Below, in pieces: positions 60,701 to 61,757 of a DNA stretch of 61,757 nt. The translations under genes were made by a program, and so were the position numbers. Within the stretch, counting starts at the first letter, position 1, and every line of letters begins with the position of its first letter. The stretch spans positions 36,556 through 98,312 of the forward strand of contig CAYMCD010000001.1 of the NCBI GenBank assembly GCA_964388845.1. The letters are read 5' to 3'. Source of the DNA: an uncultured Verrucomicrobiota bacterium (GTDB taxonomy: Bacteria > Verrucomicrobiota > Kiritimatiellia > CAIVKH01). The notes beneath the pieces are model-generated. The model saw only the letters and a list, made by a program, of their open reading frames with translations, was not told the origin of the DNA and searched no databases.

Positions 60701-61023
60701 AGCCGAAGATTGACCGGCTCATGTTCATCCGCAGAAAGACTGTCGCGGGAAACGTGCAGTATTTGAGCACCAACACGGACGTTTTCGTCCAGCAGCGGGA
60801 CGGTGGCGGAACCAAGCCTGGGTCCATTCTCATCATCAACGACAACGAGTCCAGCACGCTCAACATCAGCGTACAGACGATGTATACTACGAATACGGTG
60901 TTGATGGACTTGGTGATGACGAACTCGCCGCATTCCGTAACGACCGACGTTAGCGGCATGGTTACGCTAACCTGCCCGAATCGGGACTATCGGATTTACG
61001 GTGTTACCAACGCGCTCGAATGA
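57751..61023 (+). CDS. Secreted multidomain alpha-amylase-family (GH13) protein with N-terminal TSP3-type repeats and a CBM9/DOMON-like module, 1,090 aa
   Basis: ATG at 57751 after GGGAGG; signal peptide MKKVTRSLLITWSCLAVAAPTRA. TSP3-like motifs: DLDGDGVPNWEE and ADPDGDGLENQEE. GH13 regions: I CDIILNH, II AFRFDFTEAV, III FMEYWKN, IV FVENHDT; FQAFYWN resembles plant/archaeal-type amylases. Confidence 0.85.
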   Translation: MKKVTRSLLITWSCLAVAAPTRAANETATWSELVGHYQGWRGVYSIMVPPLTASLSEIEKGIASGSYAFTTQSGYYWDLTGGDFYVDPACEIAETVADGTWVYMIEDLATAKVYVMQDGHASALATFAAEPWPVYDPNTYEVTLLDQLAKRRVVWWLKVRVVADSEPQAIATSTATTSALATDEDEGGGFAMMMGEGDGTNCPCMLDLDGDGVPNWEETIAGTDPNDPDSYFALTAFALTNDAGLVYTWYGVTNREYAVQTGPTGGYANAYAFSNVTSWLLGNNAELFQSDTTTGTNQDFAASRLLVRERDSNTNGTPDWWELQHYGTLTNIAANADPDGDGLENQEEYYFGYSPTNSDRAAYHSIFHRVTVNDNDPAGEDDDTELFDFHGGGRTLSLASNAAPNGFGSIEGEGKFSTGIYFNNDMTNLYIGISGVRLEGDNGFFLFLDTDSGGVTNLRHLSQTAQPFGITQFRNLNFDATNFTPNVGLILGGRYADGHNFDSYNFGNNDFGQGVYRLSDGADFPGFSDSGPSKISQWARGYNGDSVSAQAGIEIAIALSDLNIIPGSTIKVAALFAGGTNSANERYASGEVYGKKVSGTLSGDNYGTASMTVLGSDVILTGPENGLRYCSYPKPDPDAVIFQAFYWNVDPPGTWWTNLAGKVPELAQAGFTHFWLPPPYKSANAGFSVGYDPFDHYDLGEFFQKGSTPTRYGAKSNLTILVSSLLATGITPICDIILNHMAGGTGAAHKVYNYPHDTFEKSATDFHPSSEGHNDEMKPYHDNWSFGTYPPLDIVGLDTAFLAPNMRLGFKRWGSWLVNSNNIPAFRFDFTEAVEPWVIWEWMNYPAMRQRFAFMEYWKNADGKQMQEWLELTGHSAAIYDWHLQTNLEAMCEQTGSFDMNLLKSPSLLGLEPDYTVTFVENHDTLQPDGTNTQVKNQGVARQKELGYAYVMHSEGYPLVFYRDYYLAPYFNVTNDTHFGTPLKPKIDRLMFIRRKTVAGNVQYLSTNTDVFVQQRDGGGTKPGSILIINDNESSTLNISVQTMYTTNTVLMDLVMTNSPHSVTTDVSGMVTLTCPNRDYRIYGVTNALE

Positions 61024-61034
61024 GGAGGAAGAAA

Positions 61035-61754
61035 ATGAAAAGAACATTGATTTTCGTTGTCTTGGCCACCGTCATCGCGATTCCGCCGACTTCCGGTGAC
61101 ATGATCTACAATGTCACCTTTGAAGACCCAGTGCATATGCTCAACGCTGCCGTTGTTTCCGGGTCAGGAAGTGACCAGCCCACATGGGCTGTGGGCAGCG
61201 TCATTACGCGATCAGGAATAGCGGACTTTGCAACACAAGTCGCATCATTTGAACCTGCGGGACAACTGGGTTTCTTCTACGAGCCCGCGAGTTCATCCGG
61301 GCTTTTACTCCTAAGCTGGGATATGGCCATAACAGACTATGGCCCCGGTGGGCCAGATACGGCAGCTGTCCTGATTCAAACAAGTCCGAGCGGAAATGGA
61401 AGCATGTCCATGTTCTGGCAGACGGACAATGACTTCCGCATCGGTTCAACGGAAGTAGCTACGTTTACGCTTGGACAGCAAGACCATTACGAGTTCCTTT
61501 TTGACCTCGACAACAACCAATATGATTTTGCCTTCAACGGCGTTGCTGTGCTGACAAACCAGTCGTTGGATGCAAGTTTTAACGTTCAGAACGTACTTTT
61601 TGGGGCGGAGAATTTGCGTTCTCCCTCCTACGCGGTAGATAATTTCCGGTGGGAGGTAGTTCCGGAGCCTTCCACGTGGATACTGATTTCGACCGGCTGC
61701 TTGGCAGCCGTATATGGACGGCGGCTTTTGGAGACAAAAGCCGCCGGACAGTAA
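61035..61754 (+). CDS. PEP-CTERM sorting-domain protein, 239 aa
   Basis: ATG at 61035, 7 nt after GGAGG (alternative ATG 61020 overlaps the amylase stop). Signal peptide MKRTLIFVVLATVIAIPPTSG. The C-terminus VPEPSTWILISTGCLAAVYGRRLL matches PEP motif + TM + Arg cluster. Confidence 0.85.
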   Translation: MKRTLIFVVLATVIAIPPTSGDMIYNVTFEDPVHMLNAAVVSGSGSDQPTWAVGSVITRSGIADFATQVASFEPAGQLGFFYEPASSSGLLLLSWDMAITDYGPGGPDTAAVLIQTSPSGNGSMSMFWQTDNDFRIGSTEVATFTLGQQDHYEFLFDLDNNQYDFAFNGVAVLTNQSLDASFNVQNVLFGAENLRSPSYAVDNFRWEVVPEPSTWILISTGCLAAVYGRRLLETKAAGQ

Positions 61755-61757
61755 GAC

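Noticed and set aside
55709-61757. Calling the lower-GC block a genomic island or mobile element.
   Set aside because: No integrase, transposase, tRNA or flanking direct repeats are visible, and the right boundary is outside the window. It is reported only as a compositional observation.
1-61757. A search for tRNA, rRNA, tmRNA and SRP RNA genes in the intergenic gaps (22258-22353, 24031-24132, 47927-47959, 50769-51039, 53801-55708, 55940-56133, 57609-57750).
   Set aside because: No GGTTCGAATCC-type T-loops, cloverleaf-compatible arms or other conserved cores were seen. None is reported.

Overview
This is a 61.8-kb high-GC bacterial window. Lineage cannot be fixed from sequence alone. The PEP-CTERM tail, thrombospondin-type-3 repeats and giant beta-helix protein suggest an EPS-rich environmental bacterium, possibly PVC-group (inference). 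Layout: (i) 0.3-30 kb is a dense surface-glycan locus. It holds 1 GT9, 5 GT4/GT-B-type, 6 GT2 (two look like polyprenyl-phosphate sugar synthases, one like a membrane synthase), 3 GT-C-like polytopic membrane proteins and 2 SAM methyltransferases. It also holds a CE4 deacetylase + MBOAT + AlgX/AlgJ-like O-acetylation set, a WbpB/WbpD-fusion + WbpE-like + 2-epimerase diacetamido-sugar set, two tandem SDR epimerase/dehydratases and an FG-GAP propeller protein. Many junctions are ATGA/GTGA start-stop overlaps. (ii) 30.1-47.9 kb is one uninterrupted 5,939-codon ORF. It encodes a signal-peptide protein of 13 diverged tandem ~1.3-kb modules (right-handed beta-helix plus an Asp-box beta-sandwich), directly downstream of the membrane GT2. 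This is the standout feature. (iii) 48-53.8 kb carries trkH-trkA, psuG and an OMP + M23-peptidase pair. (iv) 53.8-55.7 kb is a ~1.9-kb ORF-poor stretch dense in GC-rich hairpins. (v) 55.7-61.8 kb is a visibly lower-GC block: XRE regulator, small beta-barrel OMP, two lipoproteins, a 1,090-aa TSP3/CBM-like/GH13 amylase and a PEP-CTERM protein. I recognised no rRNA, tRNA, CRISPR array, transposase or integrase. Many long ORFs in the six-frame track are antisense or out-of-frame artefacts of GC-rich coding sequence and were discarded.
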